DNA of 64,000 bases from a virus: positions 5,253 through 69,252 of the IMG/VR virus record IMGVR_UViG_3300009159_000064; one strand, given 5' to 3'. Below the pieces are notes generated by a model that worked only from the letters and a program-made list of their open reading frames with translations, did no database searches and was not told the origin of the DNA. This document shows positions 1 through 8,784 of the stretch, piece after piece. Each line of letters begins with the position of its first letter. The first letter of the stretch is position 1. Made by a program: the position numbers and the translations under genes.

Positions 1-936
1 TGGTATAACTTCTTCCTGTGAACCTTCGTGCCCTACTATTTTATGACGAGTATGAAATATTCTTATAGACTCACCATTCTCTTTGTTGCCATCATACACT
101 TCGTGTTTTTTGACTACGATATCTGGATCTGTAACATCTTTTCCAGAACCAGGCCAAACATTGAAATGGTGTCCTGGTGGTAATACTGTTTCCCCTCCAT
201 ATTTGTGCTTACCGTAGCCAGCCCTAAAGTCGGGAATATCATCTGTTTTAAGATAGGGACTTTTATCAAAAGCACTTCCATCTGGTGTAACAATATCTGC
301 AATTTTAAAAACACCATCTGCAACATAGTGCTGGGAATCCCAGTAAACATCTTTAACCTGTTCTGCTAGTTCAGGGTTTGGAATAGGCTGTAACTTTAAG
401 CCTGTACGAACAGTCCTAACTTGTTCGGGCACTTCTACTTTTTCATATGATTCTTGATATGGAAGTCTAATCTTACTCCCGCTTATGTGCCCACGAGTCA
501 TGTTTGTATTTGCAATACCTAATACGGGTTTTGGAACAAGGTGTTTTTCTATTTCGTAAGTAGAAAGGTTTGAGTTGTCTAAAGCATCTGTATAAGCATC
601 TATTGCTTTATTTGTTGCTCGTTTTGAAAGTGGTTTTCCTGCTGACCTTGCATCTGCAGACATTGAAAGTCCAGCTCTTACAGCATATTTTTCTGGGTCA
701 GCCATTCCAAGACCTTTTGTAATTGCTTGCATACGCCGTTCATGCGGCACTAGAGGATCATTTTTTGCTCCAGTTCCCGTTTCTGGACTAAAGAGCATTC
801 CTTGGGTTGGTGTTGAAGTTTCCCCAGATACCTTTGTAACTTTAAAAGGTTCGTTAGGTGTAGACATCACGTAGGACGTCATGTTTCCTTCTTCGCCAAC
901 CCAATGAGTATTTTTAAACTGAGGTCCTAAAGCCAT
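1..936 (-). CDS. Hypothetical protein starting MALGPQF, runs off left edge (>312 aa; not in ORF track)
   Basis: Open frame from ATG 936 to window edge (MALGPQFKNTHW...GHEGSQEEVIP); TATACT exactly 6 nt upstream of ATG. Confidence 0.85.
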   Translation of the reverse strand, partial: MALGPQFKNTHWVGEEGNMTSYVMSTPNEPFKVTKVSGETSTPTQGMLFSPETGTGAKNDPLVPHERRMQAITKGLGMADPEKYAVRAGLSMSADARSAGKPLSKRATNKAIDAYTDALDNSNLSTYEIEKHLVPKPVLGIANTNMTRGHISGSKIRLPYQESYEKVEVPEQVRTVRTGLKLQPIPNPELAEQVKDVYWDSQHYVADGVFKIADIVTPDGSAFDKSPYLKTDDIPDFRAGYGKHKYGGETVLPPGHHFNVWPGSGKDVTDPDIVVKKHEVYDGNKENGESIRIFHTRHKIVGHEGSQEEVIP

Positions 937-959
937 TCAACAAGTATAAACTATTTTTA

Positions 960-1133
960 CTAACCGCCATTAGAATAAAAACCTTTACCAACAAGGTTTA
1001 CTGCTGGGGCAAAGTAAACTGGTTTAAGTTTTTCCCTACATTCTAAGCAGTGAATTACATGTTGATCTTCTTTTATGTTGCGTTCTTCTTCATGAACATG
1101 GTTATTAGGGCATTTATATTGATAAGTAGGCAT
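960..1133 (-). CDS. FmdB-family zinc-ribbon protein
   Basis: MPTYQYKC..H...CLEC...GKGFY pattern; start moved to 1133, which has TATACT-N6-ATG. Confidence 0.8.
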   Translation of the reverse strand: MPTYQYKCPNNHVHEEERNIKEDQHVIHCLECREKLKPVYFAPAVNLVGKGFYSNGG

Positions 1134-1156
1134 ATAACAAGTATACTGAGTAGATG
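1131..1156. promoter_or_regulatory. Bidirectional leaderless promoter, palindromic -10 AGTATACT (1140-1147)
   Basis: TATACT reads on both strands, each 6 nt from an ATG (1154 on +, 1133 on -). Confidence 0.7.
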
Positions 1157-1375
1157 GCAACATCAAAGAAAAAAGAAACACCAGCAACTCTGGCAGCAGG
1201 CGGTGCTCCTCATCGCATATACAAAAAAGATGGAAAAGTTATTGTTGACCACCTTGGTAAAACCAAAGGTAAGTACGACAAACTTAATTTGACTGATTTG
1301 GCTGGCGCTAAAACGGTTAAAGAAGGTGTTAAAGCAACTAAAGATTGGCATAAAAAGAACCCTCATAAAAAATAA
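1154..1375 (+). CDS. Small basic hypothetical protein
   Basis: 73-aa Lys-rich ORF, leaderless start, TAATG coupling to next gene. Confidence 0.75.
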   Translation: MATSKKKETPATLAAGGAPHRIYKKDGKVIVDHLGKTKGKYDKLNLTDLAGAKTVKEGVKATKDWHKKNPHKK

Positions 1376-1986
1376 TGAGTAAACACGTTGCGGATATCCC
1401 TAAACCATTTTATTGTCATGTACAAAACGAGTTTTTGTACAATTTTGAAAAAGGTTTTGGAGAATATACAGCTTGTTTAGTCTATGGCTTATCTGCAATC
1501 CCTAATAGAGCGTGGGGTTTGTCCCTACTTCTAGAAAACGGCGCTTTAGTACAACATGTGCCCATTCACGCACTTACTTTTCGTACACCTGCCATACACC
1601 ACCACCCTCTTGACCACCTGCAAGTATGGAGTTGCTACGGACAAGACTTCACTACTCATGAATATAGCGCCCTTTCTGAATTAGCCGTGAAGGTATACAT
1701 GAAAGAAGGGGTCTGGGAGACAGGTAGATACATGTTTACTGCTGCTCCTTACGGTGATATGTACTCATCAACACCTGATCAACACAAACATTTTAATTTT
1801 GTTCGCTTAGATTGTGGTCGTATAGGGTCTTGGCCTGGTAATCGTATGCTTATATTTGATGAATCTTTTGTCAAACTGACAGAAGAACGCCCAAAATATG
1901 TTACAAATACTAAAATTTGGCATCCAGAAGGCTTTGATGTGGCTAACCCGTTTGATAAAGTGATCTCTCCAGACACTTCTCTGTAA
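1375..1986 (+). CDS. Hypothetical phage protein
   Basis: 203-aa ORF, translationally coupled, globular-looking aromatic-rich sequence. Confidence 0.8.
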   Translation: MSKHVADIPKPFYCHVQNEFLYNFEKGFGEYTACLVYGLSAIPNRAWGLSLLLENGALVQHVPIHALTFRTPAIHHHPLDHLQVWSCYGQDFTTHEYSALSELAVKVYMKEGVWETGRYMFTAAPYGDMYSSTPDQHKHFNFVRLDCGRIGSWPGNRMLIFDESFVKLTEERPKYVTNTKIWHPEGFDVANPFDKVISPDTSL

Positions 1987-2003
1987 TCATCTATACTTAG
2001 ATA

Positions 2004-2180
2004 ATGACTGACCCTAGACATCTTGGCCCTCAATTTCGTTGGAAAACTGACGAAAACCCTAAAGGTCACACTTATATAGATGATGAAGCCGTTGACATAG
2101 ATGAAATCCACAAAAATGTAGGATTTGTTGAACGTGACCCCGCTTATTTACTAGAGAAGCATAAAGCAAGGAAGAAGTAA
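2004..2180 (+). CDS. 58-aa protein starting MTDPRHLGPQF (below ORF-track cutoff)
   Basis: ATG 2004 with TATACT-N6; TAA overlaps next ATG (TAATG). Confidence 0.8.
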   Translation: MTDPRHLGPQFRWKTDENPKGHTYIDDEAVDIDEIHKNVGFVERDPAYLLEKHKARKK

Positions 2181-2572
2181 TGGCTGCACTTGAGCACCTT
2201 CAAGGAAAACAACTCTCCATGTTCCTTCCTGCCAAAGTGCTGCGTGGTATGCGTCCCCATATGGAAGACATTGACTCTGAAACGGAAGGGTGGGATGACT
2301 ATAAAGAACCAGGGGTAGCAGGCCCTGGTATGCGTAATAAAAAACGATTTATGTGGCAAGTCAAGTTAGACGAGAGCAGTGATGACAACTTATATGACTC
2401 AATCGCTTTTGAGGGAGTACATACTCCAATACTTATCCAACATTACGGTAAAAACAAAACCCGTTTAGCGGAAGGACATCATCGGGTTGCTTCCGCTTAC
2501 GATATTAATCCAGATATGGAAGTCCCCGTAGAACACGAAACTCGCACACACTTTAGACGGGATGATGTGTAA
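2180..2572 (+). CDS. ParB/Srx-like N-terminal domain protein
   Basis: LYDSIAFEGVHTPILI...LAEGHHRVASA matches ParB box I/II pattern. Confidence 0.7.
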   Translation: MAALEHLQGKQLSMFLPAKVLRGMRPHMEDIDSETEGWDDYKEPGVAGPGMRNKKRFMWQVKLDESSDDNLYDSIAFEGVHTPILIQHYGKNKTRLAEGHHRVASAYDINPDMEVPVEHETRTHFRRDDV

Positions 2573-3027
2573 TGGCTGCGCACGAAGGTATAAATTGGGA
2601 TCAGTTTTCTAATAGTCTTGAAGTACATGAACCATATCTGGGCACAGATGAAGCAGATGCACAAGAACAATGGTCGCTTGGTCGTGGAAAATGGCCTACT
2701 CCATACATAAAAGCGGTACAACCTAGGTATGAAGAAGCATATCAAGCGCTTCAATACCATCTAAAGAATGAAGTAAACCTTCCTGATCAAGTTCAGGTAA
2801 CTCATAGAGGAGATGTACCTAAAAACGCCAAAGTAAAAAGTGGTTCAATATTCCCTAATTGGTCTGGCAACAACCCAGATAGTGAGTATGGCATACATCA
2901 TTACGGACAGAGCAGTAGACTGCATATTCATTTAGTTCCTCGTGAACACATCATTGGGGTAGGTCATGAGGGTGAAGGCGAAGTGTTTTTTGACGAAGGT
3001 GCTAAAAAACCTAAAAAGAAAAAGTAA
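2572..3027 (+). CDS. Hypothetical protein, possible ADP-ribosyltransferase fold
   Basis: Ordered VTHRG ... SGS ... EGEVFF resembles the R-S-ExE ART signature. Confidence 0.4.
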   Translation: MAAHEGINWDQFSNSLEVHEPYLGTDEADAQEQWSLGRGKWPTPYIKAVQPRYEEAYQALQYHLKNEVNLPDQVQVTHRGDVPKNAKVKSGSIFPNWSGNNPDSEYGIHHYGQSSRLHIHLVPREHIIGVGHEGEGEVFFDEGAKKPKKKK

Positions 3028-3097
3028 AGCCCTTTACACGGATTTTTTTTAATTCGCCCTTATTAACCATTATTGTTGTAAGAGGTATACTTGTGTA

Positions 3098-3712
3098 ATG
3101 CCAGCACATGAACACCTTCAAAATCAATTATTCACTGGACAGGGATCAGTTGACGCTCAACGTCGCAAAAGACTCCTTGCCTCGTCACAACGAGCTATGG
3201 AAGACATTGACTTCGCTGTTGATAATAAGCCCTACCCTAAGAATGAGGCACTAGAGGCATCTGACATTAAGAGATGGGGTCCAGACCCTGATCCAGTAGA
3301 CCCTGCCAATCCAACTATTTTTAGGTTTAAAGGTGGTTGGGACCCTCACATCAATGGTGACTTCTATCGCACCAGCGAACAAGAAGGTGCTGGAGCTGCA
3401 GAGTATACCCTTGAAAACAATGATCGTGAAGACAGAGTAAATGTGTTTGGAAGTACTGAATACCATCCATATAGGTTTAATGAACTAGACATAGATGAAG
3501 ATGGTCCATTACATGGTCTTGCGCAACCAGCAACAAGCGAAGGAAATAATTGGGCAGATAGCACAAAATCACATATGTACATGTCTAAGAAAGAAAAAGC
3601 TGGTGCTAGACAAAAGAAGGATGAAGACGAAGCAGATGCTCATGCAATGATTAAAGAAAGTTTTGCTCGTGTTAGAGGGACTTATCCTGACGATAACCAC
3701 GGACGTGACTAA
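3098..3712 (+). CDS. Hypothetical protein starting MPAHEHLQNQLF
   Basis: 204-aa ORF with TATACT-N6-ATG. Confidence 0.8.
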   Translation: MPAHEHLQNQLFTGQGSVDAQRRKRLLASSQRAMEDIDFAVDNKPYPKNEALEASDIKRWGPDPDPVDPANPTIFRFKGGWDPHINGDFYRTSEQEGAGAAEYTLENNDREDRVNVFGSTEYHPYRFNELDIDEDGPLHGLAQPATSEGNNWADSTKSHMYMSKKEKAGARQKKDEDEADAHAMIKESFARVRGTYPDDNHGRD

Positions 3713-4053
3713 TGCCATCTTCAATAGAATATCAATATGATCCAGGCAACAGGTCAGTACCCCATAGGATCAATGCAAAACTAGGAACTGAGACAGTTGG
3801 GCGTTTAGAGTGGCACGGTGATCCTGAAGATATTTATAACCACGTAGAAGAAATAGAAGTAGACCCCACCATGCGTAGACAGGGCATTGCGACTGGAATG
3901 TGGAAGCATGCTCATCACATCTCTACACAGTTTGACGATGTAGCACCACCAAGGCATAGTTCAAACCGTACCAACGAAGGCGATGCTTGGGCAAAGGCAG
4001 TGGGTGGGCATGTACCTACCCGTATTCCCGCAGTGACGAAAGAAGTAGATTAG
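3712..4053 (+). CDS. GNAT-family acetyltransferase
   Basis: IEVDPTMRRQGIATGMW acetyl-CoA binding motif A (R/QxxGxA). Confidence 0.8.
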   Translation: MPSSIEYQYDPGNRSVPHRINAKLGTETVGRLEWHGDPEDIYNHVEEIEVDPTMRRQGIATGMWKHAHHISTQFDDVAPPRHSSNRTNEGDAWAKAVGGHVPTRIPAVTKEVD

Positions 4054-4735
4054 GTCTATTTAGCGGGTCGGTTGGGCGTGTCCAGTTTTTTAACTAGGTC
4101 TATCTGGTACTTCTCAGTTGTTGGCGCCTGGGTCCTCCGCCCCAGCCAACCCTAAACCTCTACTTAAGGGTGGGGGTCTAACTCTCAACCACTACTAGAG
4201 GGTTGAGACTTACGGCTACCACACGGCGTACCACTACCACCACACGGCGTACACATACCTCCATGCCACTGTAGATGGCATTGATTGACAGATCGTGTGG
4301 GCGATTATGCGCACGCATTTATTTCGCCTGCACTCAGATAGCCAGTCTGCTGTAACTAGGGCTTAGAACGCATCGTGGAGCGTCTCAGGATGTCCACGAT
4401 CCTACGAATAGGTCTATGTCCACGAGCCTGCACATGATTGGGGACTATGGGGAGCGTGTGTCACCGAGTCACTTCACCAGTAGTTGATATCGCATTGCTG
4501 GTGACATATCTCGCTACCGAGTATGTCATCCAGTATGTCATCGGTATGTCTTCTCTCATGTCTCATGGAGTGATTGACCGATCAAGTTCGGGCGAATTAA
4601 TCAGGCCTGCAAATTGGGTGCGCAGGCTCGATCAGATTCCAGACTGCGCACTGGTGGAGGCTGTCTTCATCCATGCCGAGTGTTCTCATCTTCTCCTATC
4701 GCATCGTGGAGTGTGTCAATTTGAGTTTGGGCAAA
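4054..4735. other. Non-coding repeat/hairpin-rich region between convergent gene blocks
   Basis: TAGGTCTAT x3, ACCACACGGCGTAC x2, CGCATCGTGGAG x2, ATGTCCACGA x2, GTATGTC x3, several stem-loops; higher GC than flank. Confidence 0.6.
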
Positions 4736-4736
4736 A

Positions 4737-4778
4737 AAAAATACTCAGTGAGACATTGCTGACTCACTGAGTATTTTT
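4737..4778. terminator. Bidirectional intrinsic terminator
   Basis: Perfect 16-bp IR AAAAATACTCAGTGAG / CTCACTGAGTATTTTT, 10-nt loop, just past SNF2 stop. Confidence 0.85.
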
Positions 4779-4791
4779 ACAATTCAAATTA

Positions 4792-6417
4792 TTATTTTGA
4801 TTCTGTCCATCCATAACTGGCGAGCACTGCATTCGCATTGCTGACATTCTCATCGTTGATCAAGTTGCCATCAAAGTTAAACTCAACTCCATCCAGCACC
4901 GCATTCAACACTCCGCACTTCGCATCAACGATTGCGAACAGTCGCTCATCAATCGTGAGATCACCTTCAATGCATCCGAGCATGATGTGCGAAACTACTT
5001 CACGAGTCTGACCACGACGAGCCAAGCGATCTTCACACTGCATCAAGTCTGCACTCGTCCAGCATCCTTCAGCGTTCACATGATGGCGACCACTGGTGAG
5101 TGTGATGCCAACTCCCGATGCGATGACATTGCCCACCAGCACATTCGCACTGCCACTTTGAAATGCTTCAACACTTGCATTCTTTGCCGAGTCACTCATG
5201 CCACCTTCAATGCGCACGACATTGCACATCTCGCCATTCGGCATTTCATATTTGGCGAAATGATTTACATAAGCCTGCGCAACTGCTCGGTGAGTACAAG
5301 TGATGAAGACCTGCTCATTCTCGTCCAGCAGATTCTTCACATACTGCACGACTCCAGCAACCTTGCCATGACCCACGATGTCACGCAATGTGTTAATCCT
5401 AGAAATTGCTTCAGCCTTCATCGCACGCTCTGCACTGGGTGTACCTTTCATGTCTTCAATGTATTGAAACAGATCTGCTTCAGCCTCCATGTACTTGTCG
5501 GCAATCGCTGGAGCAATTTCTATGTAGTGCTTCACACGACCCTTATTCGGGAGCGTGAGCACCTCGCTTCGCAATCTGCGAATCATGATGCCATCCTTGA
5601 GTCGTGCATGGAGTTCATCCAAGTGTGCGACTCCACGAGTACCAAAGCGATCAATTCTCGGTGCGAACTTGCCAAGAAAATAATCAAAGCCATCAAGATT
5701 ATTTGTGGCGAAGTCATTCAAGCGATCAATCACCAGCAATGTTGGGATCAGATCCTTCGGATGATTGATCAATGCTGTACCACTCATGGCAACTCTGATC
5801 GCTCCTGCTGGCAATGCTCGTGCGATCTCCACAACTGCATCAGAGCGTTTGCTACGGGTGCTCTTCATGCGATGACACTCGTCTACAACTATCGCTTTCA
5901 CAACTTCTTTCAACTGCGATTTGTAACCTTCAACTGACAAGTCGCCCATCAACAGAACATCACACTCAGGCAATGGCACTGGAGTACCACCGATGACTCG
6001 CTTTGATTTACGACCAGTCTTCGGATCTTTGACTTCAACAGTCTTTCCACCAATCACTGGAGTACCTTTGCCAGTGATCTTCTGTACATTCAGCGATGGT
6101 GCGAACATCTTGAACTCTTTGATCCAGTTCAATCGCAAGTGTGGAGGCACGACTACGAGCACTGGCTTCATCCCAGCCTCCACAGCAGACTTGATGATGC
6201 AAACAGCCTGCGCAGTTTTTCCAACACCCATCTCATCACCAATAAGGACTCCACGATTCTTGAGAACCATTTGCACAGCATCAATCTGATAATCACTCAG
6301 TGGCAATGCAGTTGATGCCATCGCAATTTCTTGCAGTGGCATCTGTGGTACTTGAACTGAATTACTTTTATTTGCGATGAAACTATTCAACGCTTGAATT
6401 GCATTTTGATTTGACAT
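4792..6417 (-). CDS. SNF2/SWI2-family helicase-like ATPase
   Basis: GDEMGVGKT, VVDECH, MSGT, GVGITL, QCEDRLARRGQ motifs. Confidence 0.9.
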   Translation of the reverse strand: MSNQNAIQALNSFIANKSNSVQVPQMPLQEIAMASTALPLSDYQIDAVQMVLKNRGVLIGDEMGVGKTAQAVCIIKSAVEAGMKPVLVVVPPHLRLNWIKEFKMFAPSLNVQKITGKGTPVIGGKTVEVKDPKTGRKSKRVIGGTPVPLPECDVLLMGDLSVEGYKSQLKEVVKAIVVDECHRMKSTRSKRSDAVVEIARALPAGAIRVAMSGTALINHPKDLIPTLLVIDRLNDFATNNLDGFDYFLGKFAPRIDRFGTRGVAHLDELHARLKDGIMIRRLRSEVLTLPNKGRVKHYIEIAPAIADKYMEAEADLFQYIEDMKGTPSAERAMKAEAISRINTLRDIVGHGKVAGVVQYVKNLLDENEQVFITCTHRAVAQAYVNHFAKYEMPNGEMCNVVRIEGGMSDSAKNASVEAFQSGSANVLVGNVIASGVGITLTSGRHHVNAEGCWTSADLMQCEDRLARRGQTREVVSHIMLGCIEGDLTIDERLFAIVDAKCGVLNAVLDGVEFNFDGNLINDENVSNANAVLASYGWTESK

Positions 6418-6509
6418 GATTTCCCCTTCTAGAGATATGTGACTTGCACCCCATAGTCTATGGGATGCAAGCCACTTTGCTACTTATTCTTCGGGACATT
6501 ACAACACTT

Positions 6510-7271
6510 TTATTGCTGATTCTTCGCACACTCCGAACCCATACCACGAGCACGAGATATCTCGTCAGTGAGTGTTCTGCCACAGATGCAACAGCGTCCG
6601 AGATTGTCAGCGAAGGCTTTCATCGCATCATCTGACTGCTCAGTTGTCATTGCTTTCAATGTCTCAATCACTCGCACTGCTTCGCTCATGCGCACCACTG
6701 GACAGGACTCAAATGTCTGACCACCGAGTATTCGCTTGAGCACCATCAAGTCACCAGTTGCACGATGACTCGCTGTCAGCGAGTAGAAGTCAAGATCATT
6801 GTTGCCAGTGTGCGAAGGTAGTGCGAAGAATACCGAGCCACACTTGCGACACTGCTCGTGAACCCAACACTCAACTTGCACTGCGAGCACCGAGCCATCT
6901 TTAGGCTCACCACATTCGCCATCCTTGTGAAAGGTCAGCCATCGCTTGTCACTGAGTAATGCAATGCCAGTGTTCGCTGACACTGGATTACCACACAGTC
7001 CACAATCCTTGCTGTAGCGATTCATGATCACTCGGTCTGCTACGACTCCAGTGTGGGCGATTGAAATACTTGGTGCTTTGCGAGTTACTGATGGCGTGAT
7101 TGCCAACAATTTCTCAATGAACTCTGACGCTTCACGACTTGATTGCAAATTGCAATTTCCAATGTAATCAATAACCGAGTTTGGATCATCTTTTACTTTT
7201 AGAAGATCAGCACGCTCGGTTACTAACTTGACGATGAAATCAGTTTGCTTCTTGGTGATAAATGTATTCAT
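6510..7271 (-). CDS. DUF6011-like zinc-binding protein
   Basis: C-terminal GRCCICGRTLTDEISRARGMGSEC plus internal CxxC...H...C motif. Confidence 0.7.
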   Translation of the reverse strand: MNTFITKKQTDFIVKLVTERADLLKVKDDPNSVIDYIGNCNLQSSREASEFIEKLLAITPSVTRKAPSISIAHTGVVADRVIMNRYSKDCGLCGNPVSANTGIALLSDKRWLTFHKDGECGEPKDGSVLAVQVECWVHEQCRKCGSVFFALPSHTGNNDLDFYSLTASHRATGDLMVLKRILGGQTFESCPVVRMSEAVRVIETLKAMTTEQSDDAMKAFADNLGRCCICGRTLTDEISRARGMGSECAKNQQ

Positions 7272-7450
7272 TATTTTCCCTTCTGTGAATTGAAGTAATC
7301 TGCCATCGCTTCAGCAGTGCCACACGCACTGCAAATCTCGGTGACATTATCTCTGCGAGAAATTGCCCCACAGTATTTTCCAGCGTGTTCACGACTCGGT
7401 ATTGGCTCTGAACATATTGGACACATTTTAATTATGATTTTGTTTTCCAT
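7271..7450 (-). CDS. Small zinc-finger protein
   Basis: CPIC...AISRRDNVTEICSACG; GAGGAGG RBS. Confidence 0.75.
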   Translation of the reverse strand: MENKIIIKMCPICSEPIPSREHAGKYCGAISRRDNVTEICSACGTAEAMADYFNSQKGK

Positions 7451-7528
7451 TTTGTTACCCTCCTCAAGGTAGGACTCCATCTTAACCACACAATCGTGGA
7501 CATTACAACACTTTCATAAACGCCAAAA

Positions 7529-7557
7529 TCCCCAGCATCGGGGGGTGATGCTGGGGA
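7529..7557 (-). terminator. Intrinsic terminator
   Basis: IR TCCCCAGCATC / GATGCTGGGGA followed by TTTT on minus strand. Confidence 0.7.
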
Positions 7558-7582
7558 CTCGGCTAACGCTGGTTGAAGGGGA

Positions 7583-8617
7583 TTAAACCAGCGTAAGTTC
7601 TCGCAATCTGTCAATCACAACTGCATCATCTTGAGCCTGCTGTCCATTGACTAGGCGATTGTAATTTCGTCCTACTCGCTTCGCATCAGTGCCTGCGATG
7701 TGCTGGTTGAATGTGGTGAACGCCTGCACAACTCCGAGCGCAGTATTCTTCCAGTTCACAACACGCTCATCTGTTGCCCACAGTGCTTGCAAACTTTCAC
7801 GCTTGCTTGTCTGCATTGTCACAGATTTCTTTGATGGTTGATCAAGTGTGCCTAAGCCCACAGTGATTGGGTACATCTGCTCTACCAGTTTAGTGAATTG
7901 ATTGTCAGTGACTGACCACGCTGACAGCGCATTCAATTCTGCAAGCATCTCATCAGATGTTTGGTAGATGATTTCAAGCGCATCTCGTACTTCTGAGACA
8001 CTGCCATCCAACATTGTTTTACCCTTATGGCGAAACTTGACTACAGATTTTGAGCCTTCTGATAATGCCATTTCCAAAGTATTATCGCAAACAACTGCTT
8101 GCATGACCCTTCTGTATGTAGTTGCAAGTGAACCATTGTGCGCAGTACTTGCCAACAGTGTTGGGCGAAATGCGAAGCCATCTTGAGTTGTGACATTCTC
8201 AGGTACAGAAATCTGAACCCAAGCCTTGCCACCCTTTTGAAGCAAACCAGCAGAATCAATTCCAAGTTCATTGGTGTCAAGAATCTGCTCAAGGTTCTTC
8301 AGCAATGCATCATCAAATTGATGGATGTTGAAGCGATCAGAGAACACACCAAACACTTCTTTTGTTTGGTCATGCATAACTGCTTTACGATTCTCAATTT
8401 GCTTGTAATCGCCTGCTTCAGTTTTGATGAACACTTCAGTCTCAACTGCTGACCAGTTGAACAATCGCCTGCGAACATCTTCAATCGGTACGAACTTGTC
8501 GTAATGGTTGCTCTCGCCTTCTTGCTCTGACTCACGCCAGTGCCATGCTGTTCCTCGCTTCAACACATTGCCAATTAAGGTCATGGTGTTGAGCCATTTG
8601 GTGGTTTCTGCTGACAT
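7583..8617 (-). CDS. DUF932-family protein
   Basis: AWH, SAGLLQKGGKAW, STAHNGS, VVCDNTL, RHKG motifs; start set at MSAETT (GGAGG RBS, promoter upstream). Confidence 0.85.
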   Translation of the reverse strand: MSAETTKWLNTMTLIGNVLKRGTAWHWRESEQEGESNHYDKFVPIEDVRRRLFNWSAVETEVFIKTEAGDYKQIENRKAVMHDQTKEVFGVFSDRFNIHQFDDALLKNLEQILDTNELGIDSAGLLQKGGKAWVQISVPENVTTQDGFAFRPTLLASTAHNGSLATTYRRVMQAVVCDNTLEMALSEGSKSVVKFRHKGKTMLDGSVSEVRDALEIIYQTSDEMLAELNALSAWSVTDNQFTKLVEQMYPITVGLGTLDQPSKKSVTMQTSKRESLQALWATDERVVNWKNTALGVVQAFTTFNQHIAGTDAKRVGRNYNRLVNGQQAQDDAVVIDRLRELTLV

Positions 8618-8660
8618 TATTTTTCCTCCTGTTTGGTAAGCACGATTGCTTACATTCATA

Positions 8661-8691
8661 AATGTAATCTTGATTATTACGAATTGCAACC
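8661..8691 (-). promoter_or_regulatory. Early sigma70-type promoter
   Basis: GG-TTGCAA-N17-TACATT. Confidence 0.7.
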
Positions 8692-8726
8692 TCAAATGTA
8701 CTTATTATTTAAGCCAACAAACATAA

Positions 8727-8751
8727 AGGCTGGGGCGATAAACCCCAGCCT
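8727..8751 (-). terminator. Stem-loop, probable terminator
   Basis: IR AGGCTGGGG / CCCCAGCCT followed by a T-rich tract on minus strand. Confidence 0.65.
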
Positions 8752-8784
8752 CATGTTCTTAGTTTTGGACATTACAACAGTTTT

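Noticed and set aside
114-350. 78-aa minus-strand ORF from the track
   Set aside because: Out-of-frame overlap inside the longer 1-936 reading frame
4438-4770. 110-aa + strand ORF
   Set aside because: TTG start, no recognisable motif, spans DNA repeats and ends inside the terminator hairpin
4987-5937. 316-aa + strand ORF
   Set aside because: Antisense shadow of the SNF2 gene; the same applies to most + strand ORFs beyond 4.8 kb
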